Shown here one piece after another: positions 53,721-63,700 of a DNA stretch of 64,000 bases. Numbering within the stretch: position 1 is the first letter of the stretch; each line of letters starts with the position of its first letter. The position numbers and the translations under genes are program-made. Under the pieces are notes generated by a model, which was not told where the DNA came from, did not search any database, and was given only the letters and a program-made list of their open reading frames with translations. Origin of the DNA: a virus (taxonomy: Duplodnaviria > Caudoviricetes); the IMG/VR virus record IMGVR_UViG_2565956520_000001; one strand, given 5' to 3'.

Positions 53721-56114
53721 TTAAACACCCTCCTCGGCATAAATCTTGGTAGCTTTTACACGCAGAGAATCAGCCCCTACTACTTTCAAGGCCAGACGCT
53801 TTGCAGCAGGATCAGATATATCAACCTTGGTTCCTGTGAACTTTAAGGCTGAACCGTTTATGGCGTAGGATTCAATTGCGGAAGGAATGGAGAAGCAATC
53901 TGAAAGAGCGACTTCTGTCGGAATTTGAGCGAGTGGTGTAGTAAGGGTTACGGTAGTTATGAATTTCGACTCAACTACCGCTTCGATGACACTTGCAACG
54001 GCAACGACCTGCCCGTCACACTTAATGTTTTTATGTATGGAACCGTCAGTGTAGATCTTGTCTTTGATCGAAGTGTCGGAAGTCAGAACGATGGACGAGG
54101 TTGTAGATCCCACACCCAAAGTTAGAGGGGTTTCTTTGCTGAGAATTTCATCTGTTGCACCGATCGCAATAGTTGCGCCTACGACTGACTTTTTGAACGC
54201 CTTTACTGGAGCTAGGGGCAAACTGATAGGTGCGGAAAATGTAGGATTCGTCCATGACATAACATCAAGCACTTCCTCTGCGGTCAGTGCCCTGTCAAAT
54301 AAGATTGGCTCAAACATCTTTCCATTGAAGGGATAGTTGGCAAGATTGTCTCCACCAAGGTGAAAGTTCTGGAGTGTATAGTCCGACAATGTTGCAGCAT
54401 CTACCTTTGTTGAGTTCAACACACCACCCAGATAGATTTTGATATCAGTGCCATCTATAACAACTGCGACATGCCTTGGTGTATCAAAAGTATTAAGCGG
54501 TAGATCCGGTCCCTGAGAGTTATTAGAGAGTGTGTTTGTCCATATACCAAAGTTATAATGATCAACGGCTTTAGCTATTCCCATTCTTGCAATGTATCCA
54601 CCAGCCCCCTCAAACCCAGCAAAGAAGTTGTATGTGTTTCCCACATCAACAGCATAGATATCTTTTAAGTAACAACAAAAGCTTATTGGCCGCCCTGTAC
54701 CAAATGGAATAGAAGCATAACTGCCGTCCTGATATCCAACCATACAGTTGTTCCACAGTATTCCATTCATTCCATCTTCGACTATGTAAACTGACGGAGT
54801 GTGCCCGGAAGTACCTGTGACTGTTAAGTCCCTACCGTTACTAGACGAATCCGTGATAGTTGCTCCAAGCTCACCAGTATCTTCTAATTTAAATGAAGCC
54901 CAAGGATTAAAAACCACACCTTCTTCAGTTGTCACTGCCCCGATTACACTTTCACCCTGGTCGGTAACGATCTCATCATTTTGAAATATCTCCTTAGAAG
55001 TCTTCAAAACATCCTTCGTTGTCCCTTCAAGAACCGTTAATTCTGCACCCGTAATCTCAAACTCCGGCCTACCACTTAAAATAGATTTACCGCTGGGATT
55101 ATTCAGTCCAACAGTGCAAGCCGGAAGCTTCGCACCATCAGCATTTACATCCGCACCTGGGTAACCTTCCTGAGTATCGGCATAAGCCAAAGTAACGCCT
55201 GCGCTGATCCCCACGTAACGGGCTGATAAAGTAATCAAATCAGAATGATCCGACAGAATCAGGGACATTTGAGCAGCGCGGCAGGAAATAGGCCCGATCG
55301 CTTGCGGGGAATTTTCCTCCATAACAATAGGCACACGTAATTGAAAACTAAGACCAGTAAGCGCAAAGTCAGTGACATTATCCGGCAGAGAAAATTGAAA
55401 TTCAGTTAAATCCGGATATGCATTACCGGCAACAGGATGGCTGATTGTTCCATGTACCAATGTTCCGCCATCCACTTCTAAAGCTTCCATTGTAATTACG
55501 GGAACCGGAGTCATGTACCCGAGCAGTTCTTCATTTGAGAGAGTACGTTTGGCCAGTGCGTCCGGATCAAGACCTGCTTCAATGTGACTGAGCGGATCCG
55601 GCACAACCATTTCAATTACTTTTACAGTGGTCTTATCATCCGCGAAAATGGCAGATTCTACAAAACCGACTGACAAGTTCGGGTAAGATTTGATTGCTCT
55701 GTTTGTTTTGAAAAAGTCCGTGTAATCACCGGCTACTGAAAAATGAGTCGAATCAATAAACTGCGGAATCACGGCTTCTCCGCTCTGATCCTTGGGACGC
55801 ATCCAGCATTCACTGGCCATCTCTTCCCAAGTCGCAGCGGTCATCCTTAAATGGATACGGCTTTCTACAGGGAACGGCATAGCAGTAACGGACTCTTCGC
55901 CACGGGAGACAGTCAGCACGTTCCCGTTACGAGCCGTCACGTTAATCCATTCAACCGCACTCGTTGCAGGATTCACCAGCGCACATCTAAAATGATCGCC
56001 AGCAAGCAAGCTTGGAAACAGATCAGCATGATCGGCGGGAATCGTGATTTCCGTTGCTGTATCCGAGATAGCGGAAGTGATGAAACTCTCCGCCAGATTT
56101 TTAAGACTTATCAT
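53721..56114 (-). CDS. Tail fibre/receptor-binding protein with LamG (ConA-like) domain
   Basis: Conserved anchor (NVLTVSRG.E), D.S.NGR...T, RHVAVV.DG..KIYLGG, LFDRALTAEEV. Confidence 0.78.
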   Translation of the reverse strand: MISLKNLAESFITSAISDTATEITIPADHADLFPSLLAGDHFRCALVNPATSAVEWINVTARNGNVLTVSRGEESVTAMPFPVESRIHLRMTAATWEEMASECWMRPKDQSGEAVIPQFIDSTHFSVAGDYTDFFKTNRAIKSYPNLSVGFVESAIFADDKTTVKVIEMVVPDPLSHIEAGLDPDALAKRTLSNEELLGYMTPVPVITMEALEVDGGTLVHGTISHPVAGNAYPDLTEFQFSLPDNVTDFALTGLSFQLRVPIVMEENSPQAIGPISCRAAQMSLILSDHSDLITLSARYVGISAGVTLAYADTQEGYPGADVNADGAKLPACTVGLNNPSGKSILSGRPEFEITGAELTVLEGTTKDVLKTSKEIFQNDEIVTDQGESVIGAVTTEEGVVFNPWASFKLEDTGELGATITDSSSNGRDLTVTGTSGHTPSVYIVEDGMNGILWNNCMVGYQDGSYASIPFGTGRPISFCCYLKDIYAVDVGNTYNFFAGFEGAGGYIARMGIAKAVDHYNFGIWTNTLSNNSQGPDLPLNTFDTPRHVAVVIDGTDIKIYLGGVLNSTKVDAATLSDYTLQNFHLGGDNLANYPFNGKMFEPILFDRALTAEEVLDVMSWTNPTFSAPISLPLAPVKAFKKSVVGATIAIGATDEILSKETPLTLGVGSTTSSIVLTSDTSIKDKIYTDGSIHKNIKCDGQVVAVASVIEAVVESKFITTVTLTTPLAQIPTEVALSDCFSIPSAIESYAINGSALKFTGTKVDISDPAAKRLALKVVGADSLRVKATKIYAEEGV

Positions 56115-56413
56115 AAACTCTTCCCCTCAAAAGTAATTGCCGGCCCGATCCCCTGCCGCTTAACCAGCGAATCTGAGAAAGCAGAACTGACAGAATAAAT
56201 ATCTCCGATCTTCATCAGAGTATGGACGGACTGCGTTGAAATGGATGATTCACTTTCACAATGACCAGTATCAAAAAGTTCAAGTGATCCTGTAAGTTCT
56301 GTAGTTGAACGACTCATAGCCTTGCCCGAACCTTCAGCTTCAAAATGGCAGAAACCACCCCCGAAACTGAACTCAGCAACACCATGGCCGCCTATGCATC
56401 CAGACAGAATCAA
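56111..56413 (-). CDS. Hypothetical tail-module protein
   Basis: Coupled to flanking genes. Confidence 0.5.
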   Translation of the reverse strand: MILSGCIGGHGVAEFSFGGGFCHFEAEGSGKAMSRSTTELTGSLELFDTGHCESESSISTQSVHTLMKIGDIYSVSSAFSDSLVKRQGIGPAITFEGKSL

Positions 56414-56415
56414 AA

Positions 56416-56877
56416 CTAACCGTCCTCAATAGAAAGGGTTTCAAGACGCACATGGAAGGTGTCACCCATGTAAACAAGGCGGCCCAGCTCCAACTGCCCA
56501 AAATACAAAACATTGCCATCAGAGAACGAATCCATGACAGCGAAATGCGAGACAAAACCGGCATCATCAGTGAATTGAGGGAAGCGGATTTCATCACTGT
56601 TTAGAAGCTTGCCGTTAACTGGTTCAGTTCCGAAAATGATCTGCTGCCGTTCGTAGTTTGAATCAAACGAAAGTTCCTTAGCTCCGACCAGATCGCCCAT
56701 ACGCAGAGCGGCCAGAATAGCCCCGTTCTTTTGAAGTTTCACAGCTTCGGAATCTGTCTCGATAATTCCAGAACAAAAAAGAGCCAGATAGACCTTTTCA
56801 GGAGGCTGATAAACAACCCCTTTGAGAACATGACCAGCCAGTTTGTCTTTCAGATAAGTTGACTTACAGGTATCCAT
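56416..56877 (-). CDS. Tail/virion structural protein
   Basis: YLKDKL..HVL..Y..P..VYLALF..Y.RQ..N..EI.FP..SHFAV.D...GN.LY.G.L pattern. Confidence 0.62.
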   Translation of the reverse strand: MDTCKSTYLKDKLAGHVLKGVVYQPPEKVYLALFCSGIIETDSEAVKLQKNGAILAALRMGDLVGAKELSFDSNYERQQIIFGTEPVNGKLLNSDEIRFPQFTDDAGFVSHFAVMDSFSDGNVLYFGQLELGRLVYMGDTFHVRLETLSIEDG

Positions 56878-56888
56878 TAAACCTCTCC

Positions 56889-57527
56889 TTAAAAGTAATT
56901 TCCACTGCGCATCTCAAGCTTTTTATTGGTTCCGCCACGCATTTCTTTGACTCTAATCTCAGCCATAGCTCCATCGAACTTGCGCTGTTCAACCTGCGAT
57001 CTGGCCGGATCTGACCACCCTTTATCGGGAACAAGCATGAGTTCGGCTTTGGCTCCCGCAGCAATGGCCAGTCCGTGAGTCTCTAAAAGAAACTTCGGAC
57101 AGGTTGCGGCCGTAACAGACGGAGCAAGAGCATTCACAGTTTGGAGCATGGCGGTTGCATCTTCACGCGGACATGGAATCAGACGGACAAAACCCGGTTC
57201 TTCAATTTGATAGTAGCCGGGTACACCGGGTTCATCGCGTACAATTCTGTCATCCATTTCAAGCAGTGAATAATCGTTGAAACGGACTTCTAAAGTATCA
57301 GCTACAGTTGCATCAGGAGGAGTCACAAACACATAGCGGCACTCACCGTTGTAGACATCCATCAGGTCTGAAACATGTCTCCAGACTCGCGTTTGCTTGC
57401 AGTATTTGATTGCTGAATTCCTGAGCTCTGAAATGATTTGAGGAACTGGACAGCGAGACAGGGCAGGTTGAGCCAGTGGCAAAAATTCACGCCAGCCGAC
57501 AGTAAGCAATTTAACCATTGCCGCCAC
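56889..57527 (-). CDS. Head-tail adaptor-like protein
   Basis: CP...I..ELR..AI..C..T.VW..IAAGAK..LM..P.K.WS.P pattern. Confidence 0.6.
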   Translation of the reverse strand: MAAMVKLLTVGWREFLPLAQPALSRCPVPQIISELRNSAIKYCKQTRVWRHVSDLMDVYNGECRYVFVTPPDATVADTLEVRFNDYSLLEMDDRIVRDEPGVPGYYQIEEPGFVRLIPCPREDATAMLQTVNALAPSVTAATCPKFLLETHGLAIAAGAKAELMLVPDKGWSDPARSQVEQRKFDGAMAEIRVKEMRGGTNKKLEMRSGNYF

Positions 57528-58167
57528 CCTGCTTGCTTGCGTTTGGACTCATGAGTAGACGCGCCTTGGCTTCTTCACCAAGAGAAACGTACATCTGACG
57601 TAGATTATCCATGCCCTTCTGCCAGTTAGTTGGTGAAGTGCTGTTAACAGCCAAACACAGATAGAGAACGTAATTTACGATGGGCCCAAGGAAGATATCC
57701 GACAACTCCATGTCCTGTTCACCGTGAGTAAGCGGACCGGGCCTGCGTGAATATTCGAGTTCAACCCGAACATTCTCAGCAGGTGGCGGCGTTACCCAGT
57801 AGACAGTCGGCACTTTCTCTTCAAAAGCGTAGTTGTCGATAATTTCGGAAGGTGGATCCATGTGCCAGAGCAGATTTGAATCATCCAGCGAAGAACGATC
57901 AACGGACGTAATTGCAGTTCCAGGAGAGCCATCCGCTTTTACGTTCCTGACCAGACCGATAAACCGGCCCTGGTCAGGAACTTCCTGTTTAGTTGAATTC
58001 GCTTCCAACTTCACACGCTCTACGCAAGAGTTTGAATCAGGCCGAATCATAACGACCTGACGCTGTGCGCGAGTGAGATGCAGTAGCAACACATCATCAC
58101 TAAAGCGCACACAGTCAGGGTCGTGCAGAGCTATGCGAATATCTCTAACAGCTTCGCCGGCAATCAT
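57511..58167 (-). CDS. DUF6682-type adaptor protein
   Basis: L.DP..VR.S...LL..L..AQR..V..RPD; follows capsid module. Confidence 0.65.
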   Translation of the reverse strand: MIAGEAVRDIRIALHDPDCVRFSDDVLLLHLTRAQRQVVMIRPDSNSCVERVKLEANSTKQEVPDQGRFIGLVRNVKADGSPGTAITSVDRSSLDDSNLLWHMDPPSEIIDNYAFEEKVPTVYWVTPPPAENVRVELEYSRRPGPLTHGEQDMELSDIFLGPIVNYVLYLCLAVNSTSPTNWQKGMDNLRQMYVSLGEEAKARLLMSPNASKQGGGNG

Positions 58168-58688
58168 TATTCCACAACCTTTATATTGAAACGGGGAACT
58201 GGACGGGCAGTATATTCGATATCTTCTCCGTCACCGCTTTCTTCATAAACAGTTGAGGCAGAATCAGTCAGAACCTTGTAAACGGATTTGGGTACTTTCA
58301 CCTCAACGCCACGCTTAATTTGATATGAAATACCCTGCACACCGACAAAGACATCATCCCGTCCTTCTGAGCCTTCACCTTCCGCAATGACGATCTTCAC
58401 TTTTTCTTCCGCTTTCTGGCGTTCCATTTCGGAGCCTTCGAGCTTGGCAACGTGGTCATCAAGTTTGCGGTTTTCAGCTTCTGCGTCTTCACGCGCTTTC
58501 TTTTCCAGATCAAGATCGCCTTCGAGTTTTACCTTTTCTTCATCAGCAGTTTTCAATGCGGCTTTTGCTTCAGCAAGTTGCTTTTTCAGATCATCGGCTT
58601 CAGAATTAACGGGAGTCTCTTGCGCCTTCGCACTAGTAGCCTCTTTTGCCAAATTTTCACTTTCATTTTTACCAGCCATGATATTCAT
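58167..58688 (-). CDS. Capsid-associated hypothetical protein
   Basis: Coiled coil then DVFVGVQG..YQIKRG.EV.VP. Confidence 0.6.
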   Translation of the reverse strand: MNIMAGKNESENLAKEATSAKAQETPVNSEADDLKKQLAEAKAALKTADEEKVKLEGDLDLEKKAREDAEAENRKLDDHVAKLEGSEMERQKAEEKVKIVIAEGEGSEGRDDVFVGVQGISYQIKRGVEVKVPKSVYKVLTDSASTVYEESGDGEDIEYTARPVPRFNIKVVE

Positions 58689-58693
58689 TCCTC

Positions 58694-59707
58694 TTAACTG
58701 TCAGACGGTGTTTCTGTTACTGCCACTTCAAGGCGAATCATCCAGGCGTCATTCAAAATTGCGCCGGTGTAATAGGTAATCCAACCTACGTGACCGCGCT
58801 GGCCCAGCTTATCGCTTTTACTTGGAGTCTTTGGATTAACGACTTTCGGAACAATGGAATCTTTGCCCTTTAGAGCAACATCACCGTAGGCATTGGTTCC
58901 AATGATATAGATGGGATATACGTCAGCGTTTGTACCGGATTCAGAAAGCATGTCACTGCCTGAAGCTCCTTTTAAGCCCCCGGCATCGACAATAGGTTCA
59001 ATGGAAGTGGAAACCACATAGCGGGTATCTTCCACCTTGCCGATTTCGTTTTCATAAGGAGTGAGCTGGCCGTATTCTTCAACAGGAACAAATCCTGGCA
59101 AATCCCGAATGTCAGATTCACAATCAGAATGAGTGATCCCAATATATGAAGCGGCAACGGGTTTTGTTCCGTAATGGACGGTGGAACTAAGAACCTTGGT
59201 GATCTTTCCGGCTCTCTGCTTTTTAAGTGCGCGAGTAGCCAGACGCTGCATCCCTTTAGTAATTGGCTTGACGACAGCGTTTCGAGCAGTTCCACCGGAA
59301 TAAATTACATTTGTTCCGCCTCTGAGGATTCCTTCCAAAACCATATCAAGAGTAACTCCAGCCTGTTCACCGAGAATATCCATGGACTCACTAAGGACTG
59401 GATCCTCGTGAGTATCTTCGATTACATCAGTGAGTTCGATATAATCACCGTACTGTTTCAAAACAGCGGTAACGTCTGTCTTGCTCAGCTTTTTACCGGC
59501 AGGGGTAACACCTTCAACAATCGGAGTAAGAGCTGGAGCAAGCGCATTATATTTACGCCATTTAATGGTCTGCCCTTTGTTCTGAGGCATTTTAAGAGAC
59601 TGCCCGAACATACCGAAAATATTAAAATGTGAAGCCCTTTCCAAAAATCCAGGTACTGCAAAACCAGCAGTTCTGGGGCTGATATCTCCATATTCAGTTA
59701 AAGCCAT
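58694..59707 (-). CDS. Major capsid protein, N4-gp56 family
   Basis: YGDISPRT, L.EGVTP, QYGDY..TD, DKLGQRG.VGW, W..RLEVA. Confidence 0.9.
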   Translation of the reverse strand: MALTEYGDISPRTAGFAVPGFLERASHFNIFGMFGQSLKMPQNKGQTIKWRKYNALAPALTPIVEGVTPAGKKLSKTDVTAVLKQYGDYIELTDVIEDTHEDPVLSESMDILGEQAGVTLDMVLEGILRGGTNVIYSGGTARNAVVKPITKGMQRLATRALKKQRAGKITKVLSSTVHYGTKPVAASYIGITHSDCESDIRDLPGFVPVEEYGQLTPYENEIGKVEDTRYVVSTSIEPIVDAGGLKGASGSDMLSESGTNADVYPIYIIGTNAYGDVALKGKDSIVPKVVNPKTPSKSDKLGQRGHVGWITYYTGAILNDAWMIRLEVAVTETPSDS

Positions 59708-59716
59708 TTTGATCTC

Positions 59717-60673
59717 CTACTTATCAGCTGCATCATCAAAACCAGCACCGAAATCATTAGAATCCGGCTTTGATGGCGGCGAGCCTTTACGTTTACCGGG
59801 AACGGCAATAACGGCTGCGGCTTTATTCCGATCAACCTTATCCACCTTTCCGGAAGTTGCTTTTTTATACTTGGTCAACAGTTCGGACACTTCTGAAGCA
59901 CTGCCGGATTTTGTTACTTTAAAAGCCAGTTGTGCTTCTTTGTAAGGAAGAGTTTCAATCCAACTGGTAACGTTACTAGTGAACTTCCCGAGTTCCTCTT
60001 TCTTTGCAGGATCAGCGACAAGTTCCATATAATCAGGATGAGCCTTGCCTACTTTCGCAAAGTGATTCTTGCGTTCATCCTGCTCATGGCTGCGAGTAAC
60101 GGCATCAATCCTTGCTGAAACTTCCTGCGACTGCCAAATAGACTCCAGCATAGGAACAGCTGCTTCAGCTCCGAATTCATGCAGGTTCGCTCTAATTCGT
60201 TTTCCCTGATCGGAATCCTCCAAAAGGATCTTTTCATAATCAGGATTAACCCGCAGGATATCCTTCACATCATCAGCTATATCTTCATCAGGATCGACCA
60301 GAGCTAGTGTTTGCGGATCTTCGCCACCAGCAGTTCCCGTTTGATCATTGAAGTAGCGGTCAAGAACATCGCGCCCTTCAGCCAGAGAATCACCTTCGGA
60401 AGTTTCATCGCCTGTGTCCGCAGAATCCTGCACACTGCCGGATTCATCCTCTTCGGATAAGCTCTGGTCTGAAGCGGACGTATCATCGTCGTCCATTTCT
60501 TCTGACTGGGCATCACCGTCATGCCCATCATCAAGGTCGTTTTCAGAATCATCATTCAAAGATTCAGAAGCAGATTCAGCTTCCGTGAAACCTTGCTCAA
60601 ATTCTTCCGACTCTGTTGTTTCGTCCTGTTCAACTACTTCATCCTTTGCGTGTAGATCTTCGCTTCCCATCAC
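59717..60673 (-). CDS. Scaffolding protein
   Basis: Highly acidic N-terminus, HPD motif, DFGAGFD end; directly upstream of capsid gene. Confidence 0.72.
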   Translation of the reverse strand: MMGSEDLHAKDEVVEQDETTESEEFEQGFTEAESASESLNDDSENDLDDGHDGDAQSEEMDDDDTSASDQSLSEEDESGSVQDSADTGDETSEGDSLAEGRDVLDRYFNDQTGTAGGEDPQTLALVDPDEDIADDVKDILRVNPDYEKILLEDSDQGKRIRANLHEFGAEAAVPMLESIWQSQEVSARIDAVTRSHEQDERKNHFAKVGKAHPDYMELVADPAKKEELGKFTSNVTSWIETLPYKEAQLAFKVTKSGSASEVSELLTKYKKATSGKVDKVDRNKAAAVIAVPGKRKGSPPSKPDSNDFGAGFDDAADK

Positions 60674-60679
60674 TTCCTC

Positions 60680-60955
60680 CTACGAATATGCGTCTTGACT
60701 CTTTCCAGTTTCCGGAACCGGAGTCAGATCATCTAAAATTTCCTGCAACCCTTGAATTTTGCCCTGAGTCTGCGGAACCTTGTCCACAGCAGCCGTTACA
60801 AGGGAGTCCTTTTCCTCTAAAATTTTCAGCTCTAAAAATTGTTTAATCAGCCGGATAGATTTACCGGTCCCAAGCTCATTCAGCTCAGCAAGAACTTCAC
60901 GGCTATCCATCTTCACTCTCCGATCCCTCTTTAAAGCCATCTTCAAAACTTCCAT
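60680..60955 (-). CDS. Small helical head-module protein
   Basis: QGKIQGLQEILDDL pattern between portal and scaffold. Confidence 0.55.
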   Translation of the reverse strand: MEVLKMALKRDRRVKMDSREVLAELNELGTGKSIRLIKQFLELKILEEKDSLVTAAVDKVPQTQGKIQGLQEILDDLTPVPETGKSQDAYS

Positions 60956-61223
60956 CCGAACCGATACCCATCTTCACGAGCTGCAATTCAATCCTTTTTC
61001 CTTTGCCATCCGGTTGAGCACTTATCCCGCACACATAAGCTTCGGCTTGAAGCTTGATAGTTGAGCCGACCTTGATGTCCTTGACCTTCAGCCCAAGCTT
61101 GGTGACAGATTCGTCTTCAAGATGAATCCTCAGCCCATATGGAAAATCGTCTTCGGAAACAGCAACCGGTTTCGAATCCGGTTTTTCTTTGGTCGGCTTA
61201 CGCCGCAAATCCACTAGCTTCAT
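60903..61223 (-). CDS. Capsid staple-like protein
   Basis: FPYGLRIHLE....KLG..VG..IELQ pattern. Confidence 0.62.
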   Translation of the reverse strand: MKLVDLRRKPTKEKPDSKPVAVSEDDFPYGLRIHLEDESVTKLGLKVKDIKVGSTIKLQAEAYVCGISAQPDGKGKRIELQLVKMGIGSDGSFEDGFKEGSESEDG

Positions 61224-63114
61224 TCTGCCCTCCCTGTTCGGGCATCACCTGCCCAACTTGTTGCTGAAGCGTTTGAAGCAATCCCTGCGGAACATCCATG
61301 CCTTGCTTCTGCATCTCTTCAACAAGCGCACCTATGTTTGCTCTGGCTGATTGCATGGCATTTTCCTTTTCCCAGCTTTCTCGTTCCTTAGTGTTTCTGA
61401 GAATGCCTTCGGGCAATTCAAGATTGCTGAAAATTTCTTTGATAAGACGCTCATCATCCACCCAGCCCTCGAATCTGGGATTGTCGGTGATGGCTAGAAT
61501 GGACTGCATCCTTTCAAGCTGAACCTCTTTGGCCATGAGCACCGAGGAGCCTGTAGCAATGATTTCAAAGTCGCCCTTGATATCCCTGCGTTCATTGAAC
61601 TGCATGTTCCAGAAATACATTTTGCGGAAAAACGGACGGGTGATGTTTTCATCAAATGATTTGACCAGATCCTTTAAAATCTGGTGCGCTGCTCCGATAA
61701 GCATGGAAAGGCCACGCGCAGTTTTGCCGGCTCCGCTCATCTGGGAACCGTCACCGGACATAAAACGGGGAACAGACATATCATCAACCATGTCGTTGAA
61801 AACACGCACAAGACCAAGCAGCTCATTCGTATAAGAAGGCATTGACCAGAAATGGACCGCGTTACGGGCATCTTCGATGGATTTGAAAGGCCAGACTTTG
61901 AAAGCATGAATGTCGCGGAAGTCTTCGCCCTGCATGAAGGCAGAAGCATTAACCGCAGCTTGAGGACCGCAGGAAACAGCAGCATTATCAATCAACATCC
62001 GCATGGATGAATTGAGAGCTTTCTGAGGGTGGCGTAGCAAAGTAGGCAATCCGTCACCCCATATAGAATCTTCGTCTTCTACAAAGTAATCGAACTGGTA
62101 AGGAATAGTTGCGCCTTCAAGCGGATTAATGACCGCTTTGATAACTTTGTCGCCAATCATCCAGATATTGGCTGGGAAAATTTCTGCAAGATCCTCTTCG
62201 GGAATTTCGACTCCCGCACTCTGCAACTGTTCACCGCTGAGAGTTCCCCAGAATTCATACACACGGTAACGGTTCTCGATCTTGCGGCCGGATCCAGTTT
62301 TATCGTTTCTGATACGGTATGAAGATTTTGCATCCAGATCGCCATCGGGATTATCGCGAAGATACTGGCTTATGACCTTAGCTTTAAAGCCTGGGTAATC
62401 ATTTAAATCGCGCACTTCCTGACGATTATAGACGTGATCCTGAATCACATATTCACAGCTCAGAGCATCCGTAGCATTTGGATCAGGGTAGATATTCCAG
62501 ACTGAAACAGCTTCATAAAACGGGCGCAGCTCTTTTACCTGCGACTTCTCAAGCGTCCACGTCCCATCCTCATCGATAATGTACCCATCTCTGAATTCTT
62601 CACGGACAAGCGGCCCTTTTAGGATTCCGGTTCCATATTTAAGCTTCTGATTGATTACGCTCTTACAAACCGAAAGGTATGACTGACGATCGCCACTACC
62701 AACCAGCTGGTCAGCAATCTCATTACTCATTGCATCGGAGGATGCTTTTGCCTGCTTCTCAACAAAGGATTCAATGTCATCATCTGAAAGTTCCTGACCA
62801 TTCTGCAAAGCCTGATTACGATAGTTCTCAATAACCGTTGGATGAAGTTCCGGATTTGGTGAAGGCTTAAGTCCCCAGTTGCGTTCACCGGAAGAAGGAA
62901 AAAGCAAATCCATAAGCTGCGAACGAACCGTTGTCATTTTGACTCTGGTAGCCGGAACAAACATTTTGCTACGCTTGATTTTCTCCATCTCTTTCGGACT
63001 GTACTCGCCCTTTTCCTGCAAGTAATCCAAGGCCCAAACCGCTTCTTTATCCTTTCTAGCGGCTTCGGCCTTGGTAAACAGACCTTTAAGGAACGTTCCT
63101 AAACTCTGGCTCAT
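61198..63114 (-). CDS. Portal protein (podovirus head-to-tail connector type)
   Basis: GTGILKGP, VSVWNIYPDP.A, VYEFWG, G.G.TA.GLSML, DFEI.A.G. Confidence 0.88.
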   Translation of the reverse strand: MSQSLGTFLKGLFTKAEAARKDKEAVWALDYLQEKGEYSPKEMEKIKRSKMFVPATRVKMTTVRSQLMDLLFPSSGERNWGLKPSPNPELHPTVIENYRNQALQNGQELSDDDIESFVEKQAKASSDAMSNEIADQLVGSGDRQSYLSVCKSVINQKLKYGTGILKGPLVREEFRDGYIIDEDGTWTLEKSQVKELRPFYEAVSVWNIYPDPNATDALSCEYVIQDHVYNRQEVRDLNDYPGFKAKVISQYLRDNPDGDLDAKSSYRIRNDKTGSGRKIENRYRVYEFWGTLSGEQLQSAGVEIPEEDLAEIFPANIWMIGDKVIKAVINPLEGATIPYQFDYFVEDEDSIWGDGLPTLLRHPQKALNSSMRMLIDNAAVSCGPQAAVNASAFMQGEDFRDIHAFKVWPFKSIEDARNAVHFWSMPSYTNELLGLVRVFNDMVDDMSVPRFMSGDGSQMSGAGKTARGLSMLIGAAHQILKDLVKSFDENITRPFFRKMYFWNMQFNERRDIKGDFEIIATGSSVLMAKEVQLERMQSILAITDNPRFEGWVDDERLIKEIFSNLELPEGILRNTKERESWEKENAMQSARANIGALVEEMQKQGMDVPQGLLQTLQQQVGQVMPEQGGQNEASGFAA

Positions 63115-63698
63115 GCCGCAGCCTTAGCCTTGTTCGAAGGTCTGGAAGAGAACCACCAACCCACAGCAGAACTGGACATGAAAACGGTATTCATGACGAT
63201 GTAACGAACCATCTCATTTGCTGTATCGCTGCTAACCAGCACATTGGATTCGGCCAAGTAGCCTGTGAAATGTTGATATGTAGACCATGTTATCCAGCAT
63301 AGAAATACGGTCATAGTTGGGCGCGTGATGCCCCGCACAAAGTCCGCAACAACCAGCAGAAAATCTGCCCAAGTCTTCTCTTTGCCCCGAGAATAGGTTG
63401 CGCTGTCATGCAGCAAGGATTGCTGGTAATTCTGGCCGTCGATTATGGTTTCAGTCATGGCCCGTTCTTCACGCGCTTGCTGAACAGCGACTTCGCCTTC
63501 AACACGCATGACTTCAATCTGCTTATCCGCCATCACCATTTCTTGCTTGTGCTGAAGCTCAATTGTTTTGCGCTTCTGCCATTCAGTGATCCAACCGGAA
63601 ATACCGCCAAAAATGTTTTGAGCGATGGTCGCTATGCCGCCGGTTCCGATACCCAGCAAGGATGAACCGATAATATCAAACAGTCCTGCATCAGCCAT
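63111..63698 (-). CDS. Membrane protein, possible holin
   Basis: N-terminal hydrophobic segment, coiled coil, VRGITRP..T, WWFSSR; follows endolysin. Confidence 0.55.
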   Translation of the reverse strand: MADAGLFDIIGSSLLGIGTGGIATIAQNIFGGISGWITEWQKRKTIELQHKQEMVMADKQIEVMRVEGEVAVQQAREERAMTETIIDGQNYQQSLLHDSATYSRGKEKTWADFLLVVADFVRGITRPTMTVFLCWITWSTYQHFTGYLAESNVLVSSDTANEMVRYIVMNTVFMSSSAVGWWFSSRPSNKAKAAA

Positions 63699-63700
63699 GA

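Noticed and set aside
53721-56114. Diversity-generating retroelement targeting the tail fibre
   Set aside because: No RT gene and no template/variable repeat pair seen in the window
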